A DNA stretch of 59,935 bases from Euprymna scolopes (Eukaryota). The stretch lies in NCBI GenBank assembly GCA_053919585.1, contig JBSSHM010000304.1; one strand, written 5' to 3'. A program made the position numbers and the translations under genes. This document shows, piece by piece, positions 31,294-43,752 of the stretch; the stretch's first letter is position 1; each line of letters begins with the position of its first letter. Below the pieces are notes generated by a model. The model saw nothing but the letters and a program-made list of their open reading frames with translations, had not been told where the DNA came from and made no database searches.

Positions 31294-31329
31294 CTTCAAT
31301 CTATACTTTTTTAAAAGTATAGATTGAAG
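31294..31329. terminator. Perfect 17-bp inverted repeat, probable bidirectional terminator
   Basis: CTTCAATCTATACTTTT-tt-AAAAGTATAGATTGAAG between the convergent hypothetical gene and pyrF. Confidence 0.6.
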
Positions 31330-31425
31330 CTGGTTATTTCATGAATTTTGCATTAAACAAGTCAATTCAGTATTAATACAATTGGCTTATAAGCTATCTT
31401 ACTTTTCAAAAAAAGCACATAGAAG

Positions 31426-32157
31426 CTACACAAAAACCTGACTAATCCGTTGTTGGATGTGTTCAGCAGCTTCACGTTTAGAGCTAAAGCCGTGATGTTC
31501 GCGGATGGGTCTGCCGATGACGATGTAGTCCACGCCATTATGAAAGGCTTCTTCAATATCTACCGTGCGTTTTTGATCATCGTCATTTTTGAATGGGCGA
31601 ATGCCGGGAGAGACAATGATAAAGTCGTCCCCGTAGTGATTACGTAAATCTCGTGCTTCAAGTCCGGAGGCAATAACGCCATCACAATTTAATTGAATTG
31701 CTCGTTTAGCTCGTGAGAGCACAAGGTCTTTAATATTCACTTGAAAACCTAGGTCTTTGGCATCATCATCTTCATCCATACTGGTGAGTACCGTTACCGC
31801 TAAGATTTTTAGCTCGCCTTTGACAGAGACGGCGGCTTCAAGCATGCGATCGTTACCGTGTATGGTGGCGAAAGTTGCCCCACCGGTGGCAAGATTTTTT
31901 ACCGCAGATTGAACCGTTTGCGGAATATCAAAAAATTTTAGGTCAAGAAAGAGTTTTTTATTTTTGGCAATTAGCCAGTCAATCAGTGTAAAGTAGTTTC
32001 CTGAAGTGAGTAACTGTAGACCGAGTTTATAAAATACCACAGATTCGCCCAGTTCTTCAACGATGCTTTTGGCTTCATCAATAGTAGCAACATCCAAGGC
32101 AAAAATTAATCGTTCTTCACTGGGGATATTTTTTTTTGATACATAATCTCTGTTCAT
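31426..32157 (-). CDS. pyrF: Orotidine-5'-phosphate decarboxylase
   Basis: RLIFALD, FLDLKFFDIPQT, LAVTVLTS, SPGIRP, DDQKR, IVIGRPI. Confidence 0.95.
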   Translation of the reverse strand: MNRDYVSKKNIPSEERLIFALDVATIDEAKSIVEELGESVVFYKLGLQLLTSGNYFTLIDWLIAKNKKLFLDLKFFDIPQTVQSAVKNLATGGATFATIHGNDRMLEAAVSVKGELKILAVTVLTSMDEDDDAKDLGFQVNIKDLVLSRAKRAIQLNCDGVIASGLEARDLRNHYGDDFIIVSPGIRPFKNDDDQKRTVDIEEAFHNGVDYIVIGRPIREHHGFSSKREAAEHIQQRISQVFV

Positions 32158-32195
32158 ATGTATAGTATTTTATTTACCAATATTTTAGCTATAGA

Positions 32196-32300
32196 CTATC
32201 TTGTAAATAACATCAAGATTGCAGCTAAAACTGCCGCTCCAGCTATATACTTCATGGCTGAGTTATCACCTTCCTTCAAATGTTCCGGAACATCTGTCAT
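32196..32300 (-). CDS. Putative small membrane protein or 3' gene remnant (34 aa)
   Basis: Manual translation gives MTDVPEHLKEGDNSAMKYIAGAAVLAAILMLFTR*. No clear RBS. Confidence 0.35.
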   Translation of the reverse strand: MTDVPEHLKEGDNSAMKYIAGAAVLAAILMLFTR

Positions 32301-32517
32301 TGAGGGGTAGACTTTGATTACATGTATGTAATTTAGTAATTATTAAATTATACGTTGTTACTGTATTTTTTAATACTAGAGAAGGAGGAATTTTTATGAT
32401 TAACACAACTGAAAATAATCCTAATAATAAGGATTATATGGCGATGGGAAGTGAGGCAAATAATTTTGTTAGCTTTCTATCATTTTTTAACTACAAAAAT
32501 TAAAGAAAATTAATATT

Positions 32518-32895
32518 ATGTATATAAATTCAAAAAACAAGACTTACAATGTTGGAGATATCTTGAAGGTTTTTAAATTTCCAGTATGGCATTATGGTAT
32601 TTTTGATGGTAAAGAAGTTATTCATGCTTCTAAAGAGCGTGGAAAGGTTTGTAGAGATTCTTTAAATAACTTTTTAGGCGGAGAAAAGCCTAAAATTATA
32701 AGAAAAAAGGCAAGTGATAATGATAAAAAAGAAGCAGTTAGGTATGCAAATTTACAAATTGGAAGAGAATATGCGTTATTCTCCGATAATTGTGAGCATT
32801 TTGTTAATGAATGTTATGGTGATAAGCATAGTAGCCAAGTTGCTTTTGTTACATTAGCTGCTTTTGGTATGCTTGCGTGGCTTTTTGGGAGGTAA
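32518..32895 (+). CDS. LRAT-like (permuted NlpC/P60) acyltransferase/phospholipase family protein with C-terminal TM
   Basis: GD(I), WHYGIF, VIH, YALFSDNCEHFV (H-box/NC motif), hydrophobic tail. Confidence 0.85.
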   Translation: MYINSKNKTYNVGDILKVFKFPVWHYGIFDGKEVIHASKERGKVCRDSLNNFLGGEKPKIIRKKASDNDKKEAVRYANLQIGREYALFSDNCEHFVNECYGDKHSSQVAFVTLAAFGMLAWLFGR

Positions 32896-32972
32896 GCATA
32901 CAAGATATAAAATAACGAGAGTTATATTTAGCAAGTAAGTATAATGTGTTAATATAGCTTTAATCTAGGTTG

Positions 32973-35473
<2,501 letters not shown>

Positions 35474-35532
35474 TTAGACGTAGTAGCACTGGAGCATCGT
35501 TTTTCCGCCCTGTTAAAAACCAATAATAACTC

Positions 35533-36630
35533 TTACCACCTGTGTAAAATTATACCACCGCCAAGACACCTCGTGTCTTGATATAAGACGACAGATTGTC
35601 CCGGAGCAATGGCAAACTGTGGTTCAACAAAGATGATAGTAAGAGTATCTTTCTGTGTATCAAGGTGAATATCTTTCACTTCTTGTAGCACTTGGCGATG
35701 ACGAATTCTTGCTGTTAATCTTGGAGTATTCGTAGTTGGTGGCTCACCTATCCAGTTTAATTCATTAGCACTGAGGTGATGGTGATTGAGCAAAGGGTGG
35801 TTTTCACCTTGTGCAACCATGAGCTGATTGCTAGAAACTATTTTTTCACAGACATACCAAGGTTGTCCACTGCCATCTTTTTTTCCACCTATGCCTAGAC
35901 CTTTGCGTTGTCCAATGGTATAAAAAGCTGTACCCATATGAGTGCCAATAACCTTGCCTTGCGGATCAATCATTTCACCAGTTTGTGAAGGAGTGTAGTT
36001 TTGTAGGAAACTTTGAAAAGGTTTGTTACCAATAAAACAGATTCCTGTGCTGTCTTTTTTATTATGGGTAATCAGTTTCAATTCCTGTGCTTTTTTTCGC
36101 ACGTCATTTTTATGCCAATCTGCAAGAGGAAAAAGAGTGGTGTTAAGTTGTTGTTGAGCGAGTGCGTAAAGGAAGTAGGTTTGATCTTTATTTTCATCAA
36201 TTCCTCGGTGAAGCTGAAGAGAATTTTTAGAATCTTTGATAAGCTTGGCATAATGTCCTGTGGCAAAAAAGTCTGCACCAAGATCTTGAGTTTTTTTGAG
36301 AAGAACATCAAATTTAATCTCACGGTTGCATAGAATATCTGGGTTTGGTGTTCGTCCTTGCTCATATTCATAAACAAATTTTTTGAACACTCGTTCAACA
36401 TAATCTTGAGAAAAATTATTAGCATGAAGGTGAATATCTAGCTGATCGCATATGTGCATCACATCTAAAAGGTCTTGGGTAGCAGGGCATTCGGGGGAGT
36501 CATCTTCCCAATTTTTCATAAAGAATCCTTCAACAAGATAGCCCTGTTCTTTGAGCAACCAAGCAGATAGTGATGAGTCAACACCACCAGAGAGTCCAAC
36601 AATAACCTTAGGTTTGGAGCTTTTTATCAA
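35533..36630 (-). CDS. mnmA: tRNA 2-thiouridine(34) synthase
   Basis: SGGVDSS, TPNPDILCNREIKF, ATGHY, KDQTYFL, DSTGICFIG. Confidence 0.96.
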   Translation of the reverse strand: MIKSSKPKVIVGLSGGVDSSLSAWLLKEQGYLVEGFFMKNWEDDSPECPATQDLLDVMHICDQLDIHLHANNFSQDYVERVFKKFVYEYEQGRTPNPDILCNREIKFDVLLKKTQDLGADFFATGHYAKLIKDSKNSLQLHRGIDENKDQTYFLYALAQQQLNTTLFPLADWHKNDVRKKAQELKLITHNKKDSTGICFIGNKPFQSFLQNYTPSQTGEMIDPQGKVIGTHMGTAFYTIGQRKGLGIGGKKDGSGQPWYVCEKIVSSNQLMVAQGENHPLLNHHHLSANELNWIGEPPTTNTPRLTARIRHRQVLQEVKDIHLDTQKDTLTIIFVEPQFAIAPGQSVVLYQDTRCLGGGIILHRW

Positions 36631-36662
36631 TGGAATGGATAGATAATAGTTATCCTAGAGAA

Positions 36663-37589
36663 TTAATGATAGCGAGCCTGCAATGAAGATGAGGTATTGA
36701 AGTTAAATTGGCTAATTACTTCTAAAAGTTGCTCAACAAAGTTTTTATCGGTTTCATAACGCACTAATAGGTTAGTAGAATAATTTTCAGCTTCAGTATA
36801 TAAATCACCCAGTTCATCAACTAAACCAAGGTCAATACTTTCTGCACCTAGCCAAATTAATCCAGAAAAAATGTCTGGATTTGTCTCATCTAGTTTTGAG
36901 CCACGCCCTTGTTCAACAGCAAGAATAAATTCATTATGGGACTCATCTATCAGTGCTTGTAGATGTGCACGATCTTTTTCTTTAAATTTTGTGAAAGGAT
37001 TTAATAAAGCTTTGTTTTCTCCAGCAGTGAGTAGGCGTTGTTTAATTCCTATTTTTTCCATAAGTTTGCGTAGGTCATAGCTCTCTAAACGTACGCCTAT
37101 GGAACCAATGATACTGGAATTATGGGCAATAATTTTATCTACAGCAGCAATAGCATAGTAACATCCTGATGCACACAAATCAGAGACAACGGCAACCACA
37201 GGCTTATTATATTTCTCTTTAAAGCGATAAATAGCTTCGTTAATTACTGCTGATTGCACAGGAGAGCCTCCAGGACTATTAGCATCAATAAAGACTGCCA
37301 CGGATTTTTTCTCTTTGAAAGCTTTTTCTAACAAAGGGATAAAGTTTGTAATACTGACAGGTGTTTCTTGGCTAATGATTCCGTATAGTGGGACAACGGC
37401 AATATGAGGCTTTAGTCTATCAGCATCATGCTTGCTTCCTGATAACATAAAGATAGCACTGCCACCAATGATGATGATAAATAGCCAAAAAACACGACTA
37501 ATCACACGCCAACGGCGAACAGACTTGGTTTCTTTTAAAACTTCTTTAAGGACAACAGAGGTAAGAGAATCGTTTGGGCTATGTTGCAT
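36663..37589 (-). CDS. S49 family signal peptide peptidase (SppA-like)
   Basis: N-terminal TM, NSPGGSPVQS, CASGCYY, GSIGV, GLVD. Confidence 0.9.
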   Translation of the reverse strand: MQHSPNDSLTSVVLKEVLKETKSVRRWRVISRVFWLFIIIIGGSAIFMLSGSKHDADRLKPHIAVVPLYGIISQETPVSITNFIPLLEKAFKEKKSVAVFIDANSPGGSPVQSAVINEAIYRFKEKYNKPVVAVVSDLCASGCYYAIAAVDKIIAHNSSIIGSIGVRLESYDLRKLMEKIGIKQRLLTAGENKALLNPFTKFKEKDRAHLQALIDESHNEFILAVEQGRGSKLDETNPDIFSGLIWLGAESIDLGLVDELGDLYTEAENYSTNLLVRYETDKNFVEQLLEVISQFNFNTSSSLQARYH

Positions 37590-37626
37590 AATAAACGTCT
37601 TTATTTATGAAGAGGATTGATGAAAA

Positions 37627-38604
37627 TTAAAAGGCAGATTCGAAAGGCGAGATAATTTCGCAAGTAGGGAAAGATTCTTTAATACTTTGTTCATCTTTTT
37701 TCAGAAAAACCAATTTGACATTTGGTCCAGCATCCACAGTGGCGTAGGCTTCAATCCCTTGGCTACGCAGTTGTTGAACTTTTTGAATAATCTCTAAAGT
37801 TTTTGGAAGCATGTAAATAAGGGGAGGAGAGCAGCCCATCATCGTGCCATGCATGGTTAATGCATTGCGTTCAGTAATTTCACCAACTTTAGTGAAATCT
37901 TTGACTTGTATAGCTTTTATCATTTCATCACAACAGTTTTCAGCATACTCAACCCAACCTTTATAAGTAGGAGATGTTTGTACAGTAAGTTTCATTCCAT
38001 CACGAGACGATACAGGCTTTTTTGCCCGACTAACGTATAAAATTCCCACTCTAAATTCAGACCATGTTTGCGGTAAAGTTATCACATTAAAGTCCACCCC
38101 ATTAGAGTCTATTCCTGCTTTAGCGTAGACAAAACCTCGTGATAAAGAACGAGCAGCACTGCCACTGCCAAGACGTGCAAAATGTGCTAACAAGGAGTCA
38201 TTTAACTGCCACCCAAAAAAACTGTTCATTGCTTTTAAAATAGCACCAAATGAAGAAGCAGATGAGGCCACACCAGCACCAATGGGAATATTGCTAAATG
38301 TGTGGATATATAGGCATGGACGATTATTGCCTAATAGTGAATTAATCCAAGTAAATAAGCGAGTATATTCGGCAGATTGAGTGGCAATAGGTTTGCCACC
38401 AATCATAAGCATATCACTTTCACCAATGCATATACTAGCTCGAGTGCCTAATTTGCCAAGTGAAATGCTTAGGCTGGAGTTGGTTGGTAAGTTTAACACT
38501 TCATCTCTTTTCCCCCAATATTTGCATAAGGCAATATTGGATGAGCAAAATGCTTCGGCTTTTTCTTTGCTAGCGGTATAGGACAGTGGTGCAATATTCA
38601 GCAT
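37627..38604 (-). CDS. mvaD: Diphosphomevalonate decarboxylase
   Basis: SNIALCKYWGKRD..NLPTNSSLS, GVASSAS, ARLGSGSAARS, SSRDGM, DAGPNVK. Confidence 0.93.
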   Translation of the reverse strand: MLNIAPLSYTASKEKAEAFCSSNIALCKYWGKRDEVLNLPTNSSLSISLGKLGTRASICIGESDMLMIGGKPIATQSAEYTRLFTWINSLLGNNRPCLYIHTFSNIPIGAGVASSASSFGAILKAMNSFFGWQLNDSLLAHFARLGSGSAARSLSRGFVYAKAGIDSNGVDFNVITLPQTWSEFRVGILYVSRAKKPVSSRDGMKLTVQTSPTYKGWVEYAENCCDEMIKAIQVKDFTKVGEITERNALTMHGTMMGCSPPLIYMLPKTLEIIQKVQQLRSQGIEAYATVDAGPNVKLVFLKKDEQSIKESFPTCEIISPFESAF

Positions 38605-38745
38605 ATATTTTACATTAATGATTATGAGAGTAGATAGTAATTAATTATAAACGTGTTTAGAGAATTTAGTGATTAGGAGGGGGTATTTAGGGGAGTACTC
38701 AAAATTATGGAAAGAAGGGTTTTTTAAATGGTGAGCATGAGAATA

Positions 38746-39669
38746 TTAAAAGTTGATGTGGTAGTTTGTATATTTTGGTAAAACAGTATTGGAATCAGGA
38801 GTGCCGAAAGATAGTATGCAGTCACCTAATCCAGAACCTGAAATTTTAGCACCAAGAATGCTTGGATGTTGATAGAGAGAGTTGATCATCTCATTAAGAG
38901 TGCTATCGGATATGTGTAGAGCAACCATTTGTTGCTGGTAGCGATTCATAGCAAGGGCGAGTTTGAGCGAATCTTGTTGTATTAAAGCAGTGATAAATTC
39001 CTCGGTAAGTTGTGCCATTTTTTGATAGATTTGTTGGCTTTTTTTAGGGGATGCTTGTTCAAATTTTTGGGTGATTTTTAATACTTCATCGGTGGTTGTT
39101 TTATATCCACAATAATGTAATTGCCAATTGAATGTTTGTAGTAGAGAGGAAGATATATGTTTCAACCAACCTTGAGTGGCGGTAAACACGCAAACTCCAC
39201 CATAGATTGCCGCACATAAATCTGCACCCGATCCTCTTCCTTGTGTTTGCACAACAATAGATTTGCAGTGTTTCCATAGTGTATGTTGATCAATTGTTTG
39301 GTTGACAAATTGATAAAGAGCTTTTACTGTTGCTGCCACGGTTGCTGCTGAAGAACCCATGCCAATGGTGGTGGGTATGGTTGAGTGATAATGAATATTA
39401 AATCCTTGATGGAGATGAAGATGTTCATAGCAATAAGCGATGCTGGCAAGTGCAAACTTGAAAGTATGATTTTGAGGAATATGATTAATAGGAAAACAGA
39501 GATTTCCTAAGTGAGATTGAATGGAAATTTGCTTATCATCACGAGGAGAAATAGAAGCTTGAAGTTGTTGTTTGGTCGCACTAACAACCGCTTTTGCATG
39601 ATGTAACACACTATGTTCACCTATTAACATAAGGCTACCATAGGCTGAAGCAGAAGAATGATGAAGCAT
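38746..39669 (-). CDS. GHMP kinase, mevalonate/phosphomevalonate kinase family
   Basis: LIGEHSVL, PTTIGMGSSAA, GSGADL, KISGSGLGDC; adjacent to mvaD. Confidence 0.85.
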   Translation of the reverse strand: MLHHSSASAYGSLMLIGEHSVLHHAKAVVSATKQQLQASISPRDDKQISIQSHLGNLCFPINHIPQNHTFKFALASIAYCYEHLHLHQGFNIHYHSTIPTTIGMGSSAATVAATVKALYQFVNQTIDQHTLWKHCKSIVVQTQGRGSGADLCAAIYGGVCVFTATQGWLKHISSSLLQTFNWQLHYCGYKTTTDEVLKITQKFEQASPKKSQQIYQKMAQLTEEFITALIQQDSLKLALAMNRYQQQMVALHISDSTLNEMINSLYQHPSILGAKISGSGLGDCILSFGTPDSNTVLPKYTNYHINF

Positions 39670-39897
39670 TGGATATTAAATAATAATGGGTACTATTAAG
39701 TACTAGAGAACATTGATATTAAAGCGTTATTTTTTGTTAGTTTGGTATAAAAATAGCTAAAGATCCCTTAAAGGTTTAAAATAGGTATATCTCTTCTATT
39801 ATTTATTATTTCCATATGAAATTTTCTTACTCCCATTGTACTGCAAAGTTGGACTAATGCTTGTTTAACAGCAATTCAAAGGCAATATTTAAACAAC

Positions 39898-41169
39898 ATG
39901 ATAAAAAAGCAACTATATAAATTTATACTATTAATCATTTTAATACTGTCATTTTCCATGATTAAGGCACAAGAAAGATTGGTTGAGTCTGTTGTGGCTG
40001 TGGTTAACGACAAGCCTATTTTATTGAGTGAATTTGAACAAGCTTGGCATCTGCAGGTTGCTAGCCTTGAAGGGGAAATTTCTGATGAGGAAGGATTAAA
40101 AAAACGACTCATTGAGCATTTGATTATGGTACGACTACAAAATGAGAGTGCAGAAAAAAATGGGATTCGAGTTAATGAGAGAGAGCTTAATAGTAGCATT
40201 GATGTGATTGCTAAAAATAATAATTTATCTCTAAAAGAGCTATATAGTCAAGCGGCAAGGCAAGGGTTAAGCATACAAGCATTTAGAGACAATATTCGTC
40301 AACAATTAGTGGCACAGCGACTACAACAACAATTATTTGGCAATCGTATTCAAATTAGCGATACAGAGGTTAATGAGGTGCTTGCTCGTGAGAATCAATT
40401 AAACGATCCCATGGAATATCAATTTAAGACGTTGCTTATACAACCTGATAAAAACAATAAACAAGCGTGGCAACAAGCGAAAGATACGATTGCTCAAATT
40501 CATCAAGATGTTTTATCTGGGCAATCTTTTGATGAAGCAATTGCTTTGTATTCAGATAATAGTGAGGGTTTCGGGAACAGTAATTTATTGTGGCAAGATT
40601 CCACTTCTATGCCTGATGTCTTCCATAAAGCTTTATTGAGGTTAGATAAGTCGCAACTTAGTCAACCCATCCAAACTGGAAGGGGGTATTTTTTGCTGCA
40701 ATTGATTGATAAACAATTCAAGCAAAAGATTGAGGCTTATCAATATAAATTAGAGCAAATTACCTTGCCTATTGGTAGCTATAATGAGCAGGAAATGATG
40801 CAAATAGAGGAGTATATTGAAAGAGAGTTGAATGCGAATGCTCGATCCTTTGCAGAGTTGGCTAAAAAATACTCTAAAGATCGTTATGCTACATACGGGG
40901 GGGAAACACAATGGCTCAAACCTAATGATATTGAGCCAGCTTTAGCCGCTCAATTAGGCAAGCAAGCAATAGGAAATACGTTGCATAAAATATTTTCTCA
41001 ACAGGGACGCCTGTTATATCGTTTAGTTGATAAAAAACAATATGATGCATCAGAAGAGGTAACACGCCAGCAAATCAAACAACAACTAACGTATTTCAAA
41101 GTACAATCAGAGTATCAGGAATTTTTGCGTAACTTACGGTTGCGTGCGGCAGTACAAATCAATCTTTAA
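39898..41169 (+). CDS. surA: Periplasmic chaperone/PPIase SurA
   Basis: VVAVVNDKPILLSE, SurA N-domain, two parvulin-like domains; lies upstream of pdxA-rsmA. Confidence 0.88.
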   Translation: MIKKQLYKFILLIILILSFSMIKAQERLVESVVAVVNDKPILLSEFEQAWHLQVASLEGEISDEEGLKKRLIEHLIMVRLQNESAEKNGIRVNERELNSSIDVIAKNNNLSLKELYSQAARQGLSIQAFRDNIRQQLVAQRLQQQLFGNRIQISDTEVNEVLARENQLNDPMEYQFKTLLIQPDKNNKQAWQQAKDTIAQIHQDVLSGQSFDEAIALYSDNSEGFGNSNLLWQDSTSMPDVFHKALLRLDKSQLSQPIQTGRGYFLLQLIDKQFKQKIEAYQYKLEQITLPIGSYNEQEMMQIEEYIERELNANARSFAELAKKYSKDRYATYGGETQWLKPNDIEPALAAQLGKQAIGNTLHKIFSQQGRLLYRLVDKKQYDASEEVTRQQIKQQLTYFKVQSEYQEFLRNLRLRAAVQINL

Positions 41170-41179
41170 TTTAGCGTTA

Positions 41180-42214
41180 ATGAAGCGTATAGCCATTTGT
41201 GGAGGTGAGCCTGCTGGTGTCGGTGTTGAGTTATGTTTGCGTCTTGCTAAGTGGCAGCATCATTTCTCTGATGTGGCACTTTTTGTGATTGCAGATAATC
41301 AATTACTCAAAGAGCGAGCAAAGGAATTAGGGCAGGCTATCGAAATACGTGTGATTGATAAAGCAACACTCAGTAACAGAAGTCAGTTGAATATCGTATC
41401 TAAGCAAGCAAAAGAAAACTCCCAATTACTTGTGTATCCTATTGCTATGAATAGCTCATCAATAGCTGGAGAGCTTTCAGTACAGAATGTGCCTTATGTC
41501 TTGAGTATTTTAAGCACCGCACATCAATTATGTAAGGATAAAGTTGCCGAAGGTGTGTTAACTTTACCTATTCATAAAGGTGTGATTAACACCCATTTAC
41601 AATCCTTCTCATCTGAGTTGTTTTATGGTCATACTGAGTATTTTCAGCAAGTAAATAATTGTCAAGAAGTAGTAATGATGTTGGCTTGTGAAGATCTAAG
41701 TGTAGCATTAGCCACCACGCATATTCCTCTTTCTCAAGTTGCTCAGGCGATCAATCAAGATCTAATTGAAAAGAAATTGCGGATTATCCATCAATACTAC
41801 TGTATACAAAAAAAACATGTACCAAAGATTGCAGTATTAGGGTTAAATCCACATGCTGGTGAAGGGGGATACATGGGAACAGAAGAAATTGACATCATAC
41901 AACCGGTTATTAATAAACTTCGTCAACAAGGGTTTCTTCTGAGTGATGTGATGTCTGCAGATACGGCTTTTATTCAACCCAACCTTAAAGAATTTGATTG
42001 CTTTTTTGGTATGTACCACGATCAGGTTTTACCCATTATTAAACATTTAGGTTTTCATCGTACTACTAATATTACTTTAGGACTTCCATATCCTCGTACA
42101 TCCGTTGATCATGGTACGGCACTAGATATTGCTGGAACAAATCAGGCAGATGATGGAAGTTTCCGTTACAGTATAGAAATCTTACAAAGATTACTTACAA
42201 ATGGTACAAGCTAA
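41180..42214 (+). CDS. pdxA: 4-hydroxythreonine-4-phosphate dehydrogenase
   Basis: GEPAGVG, GHTEY, GLNPHAGE, MYHDQ, RTSVDHGTA. The ATG at 41180 is a more plausible start than 41144. Confidence 0.95.
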   Translation: MKRIAICGGEPAGVGVELCLRLAKWQHHFSDVALFVIADNQLLKERAKELGQAIEIRVIDKATLSNRSQLNIVSKQAKENSQLLVYPIAMNSSSIAGELSVQNVPYVLSILSTAHQLCKDKVAEGVLTLPIHKGVINTHLQSFSSELFYGHTEYFQQVNNCQEVVMMLACEDLSVALATTHIPLSQVAQAINQDLIEKKLRIIHQYYCIQKKHVPKIAVLGLNPHAGEGGYMGTEEIDIIQPVINKLRQQGFLLSDVMSADTAFIQPNLKEFDCFFGMYHDQVLPIIKHLGFHRTTNITLGLPYPRTSVDHGTALDIAGTNQADDGSFRYSIEILQRLLTNGTS

Positions 42215-42998
42215 AAAACATTTTTCACAAAACTTTTTGCATGATAAGATAGTGATCAATCAAATTGTGCAGGCAATGAATATTCAGAAAAAAGATAAGC
42301 TATTGGAGGTTGGACCGGGAACAGGAGCATTGACAAAACAATTAAGCCTATCATGTGAAAGTTTATTGGCTTTAGAGATTGATGAGGATTTGGCAAAACT
42401 TCTCCAAGAACAATTTATTCAGCAAAGGGCTATTAGAATTCTTCATCAAGATGCCATGACCTTTTCCTACGATAAGGAGATCTCCTATCGTTTAGTGAGT
42501 AATCTGCCGTATCATCTGACGACAGCCTTAATTAGACAGTTTATTTCCGAGCGAGAACATATTATTGATATGCATTTAATGATGCAGAAAGAAGTTGCTG
42601 AGCGTTTGTTATGCAGTTATGGCAAAGCACGTGGTTGGTTGTCAGTTATCATTGAACTTTTATGTGAGGCAGAACATTTATTTGATGTGCCACCTGAGAG
42701 CTTTCAGCCAATGCCGGCAGTACAATCTTCTGTGGTGAGATTTCGGTGGAAAAAGGAAGAAAGTTATAGTGAGCAATGGCTATTATCTTTTCAAAAGTTA
42801 TTAATGCAGGCATTTTCTCAAAAAAGAAAAACTTTGTGGAATAATTTTGTGAAATCCAGATGGAAATTAAAAAAAGAAGACTGGGAAAAATTAAATATAG
42901 ATGCTTCACTGAGGGCAGAGCAACTAAGTTTAGATAAGTATGTAAAATTACATACTTACGTGATGACATTTATGGATAATGATAAAAGGTGTAATTAA
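42201..42998 (+). CDS. rsmA: 16S rRNA m6,2A dimethyltransferase
   Basis: KKHFSQNFL, EVGPGTGALT, SNLPY, MQKEVAER. Confidence 0.95.
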   Translation: MVQAKKHFSQNFLHDKIVINQIVQAMNIQKKDKLLEVGPGTGALTKQLSLSCESLLALEIDEDLAKLLQEQFIQQRAIRILHQDAMTFSYDKEISYRLVSNLPYHLTTALIRQFISEREHIIDMHLMMQKEVAERLLCSYGKARGWLSVIIELLCEAEHLFDVPPESFQPMPAVQSSVVRFRWKKEESYSEQWLLSFQKLLMQAFSQKRKTLWNNFVKSRWKLKKEDWEKLNIDASLRAEQLSLDKYVKLHTYVMTFMDNDKRCN

Positions 42999-43008
42999 AT
43001 CATGAGAT

Positions 43009-43752
43009 ATGATTTGTATGAATAATAACTATCGAATAATAAGCTTATTTTCAGGTTGTGGAGGTCTAGACTTGGGCTTTATTCGGGCAGGATTTGATGT
43101 TGTGTGGGCAAATGATTTTTTTAAGGAAGCGGTAGATACCTATAAGTTAAATATAGGCAACCATATTGTTCATGGTGATATTACTAAGATTAAAAGCTCT
43201 GAAATACCTAATGATATTGATATAGTGCTAGGTGGATTTCCTTGTCAAGGTTTTTCTATTGCCAATACCAAACGCTGCATGGAAGATCAAAGAAATTTTT
43301 TATATTTAGAGCTTATACGCTTGATAAAAGATAAAAATCCGAAGTTCTTTGTAGCAGAAAATGTTAAAGGATTATTATCCATGCATAAAGGTAAGGTTAT
43401 GGATATGATAATAAATGACTTTTGTAAACTAGGCTATGAAGTTGAATATAGATTGCTTAAAGCATCAGATTTTGGTGTGCCTCAGCATAGGGAAAGAGTC
43501 ATCATCATAGGCAATAGAATGGGATTTAAAAACCCCTTCCCTACTCCTACCCATGGGGAGAGTTCATTGTTTTGTAAGAAAATTAAACCCTATGTGAGCG
43601 TAAAAGAGGTTGTGGGACATTTATCAGCTGTACGCACAAGAGAAAAACCCTTTATGATCGATGGTAAACCTATTTATAATCATGATGCACGCACAAACGT
43701 TTCCGATAAATTTTGGGGCAGAGCGAATCGTATATGCTTTGCTGAATGGTAA
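43009..43752 (+). pseudogene. C5-cytosine DNA methyltransferase, 3'-truncated
   Basis: Motifs I (SLFSGCGG), IV (GGFPCQ), VI (ENV) and VIII (QHRERV) are present. The ORF ends shortly after entering the TRD region, and motifs IX/X are absent. Confidence 0.8.

Noticed and set aside
31294-31329. MITE or transposon end
   Set aside because: It is a single hairpin between convergent genes, with no second copy seen in the window and no target duplication; a terminator is simpler.
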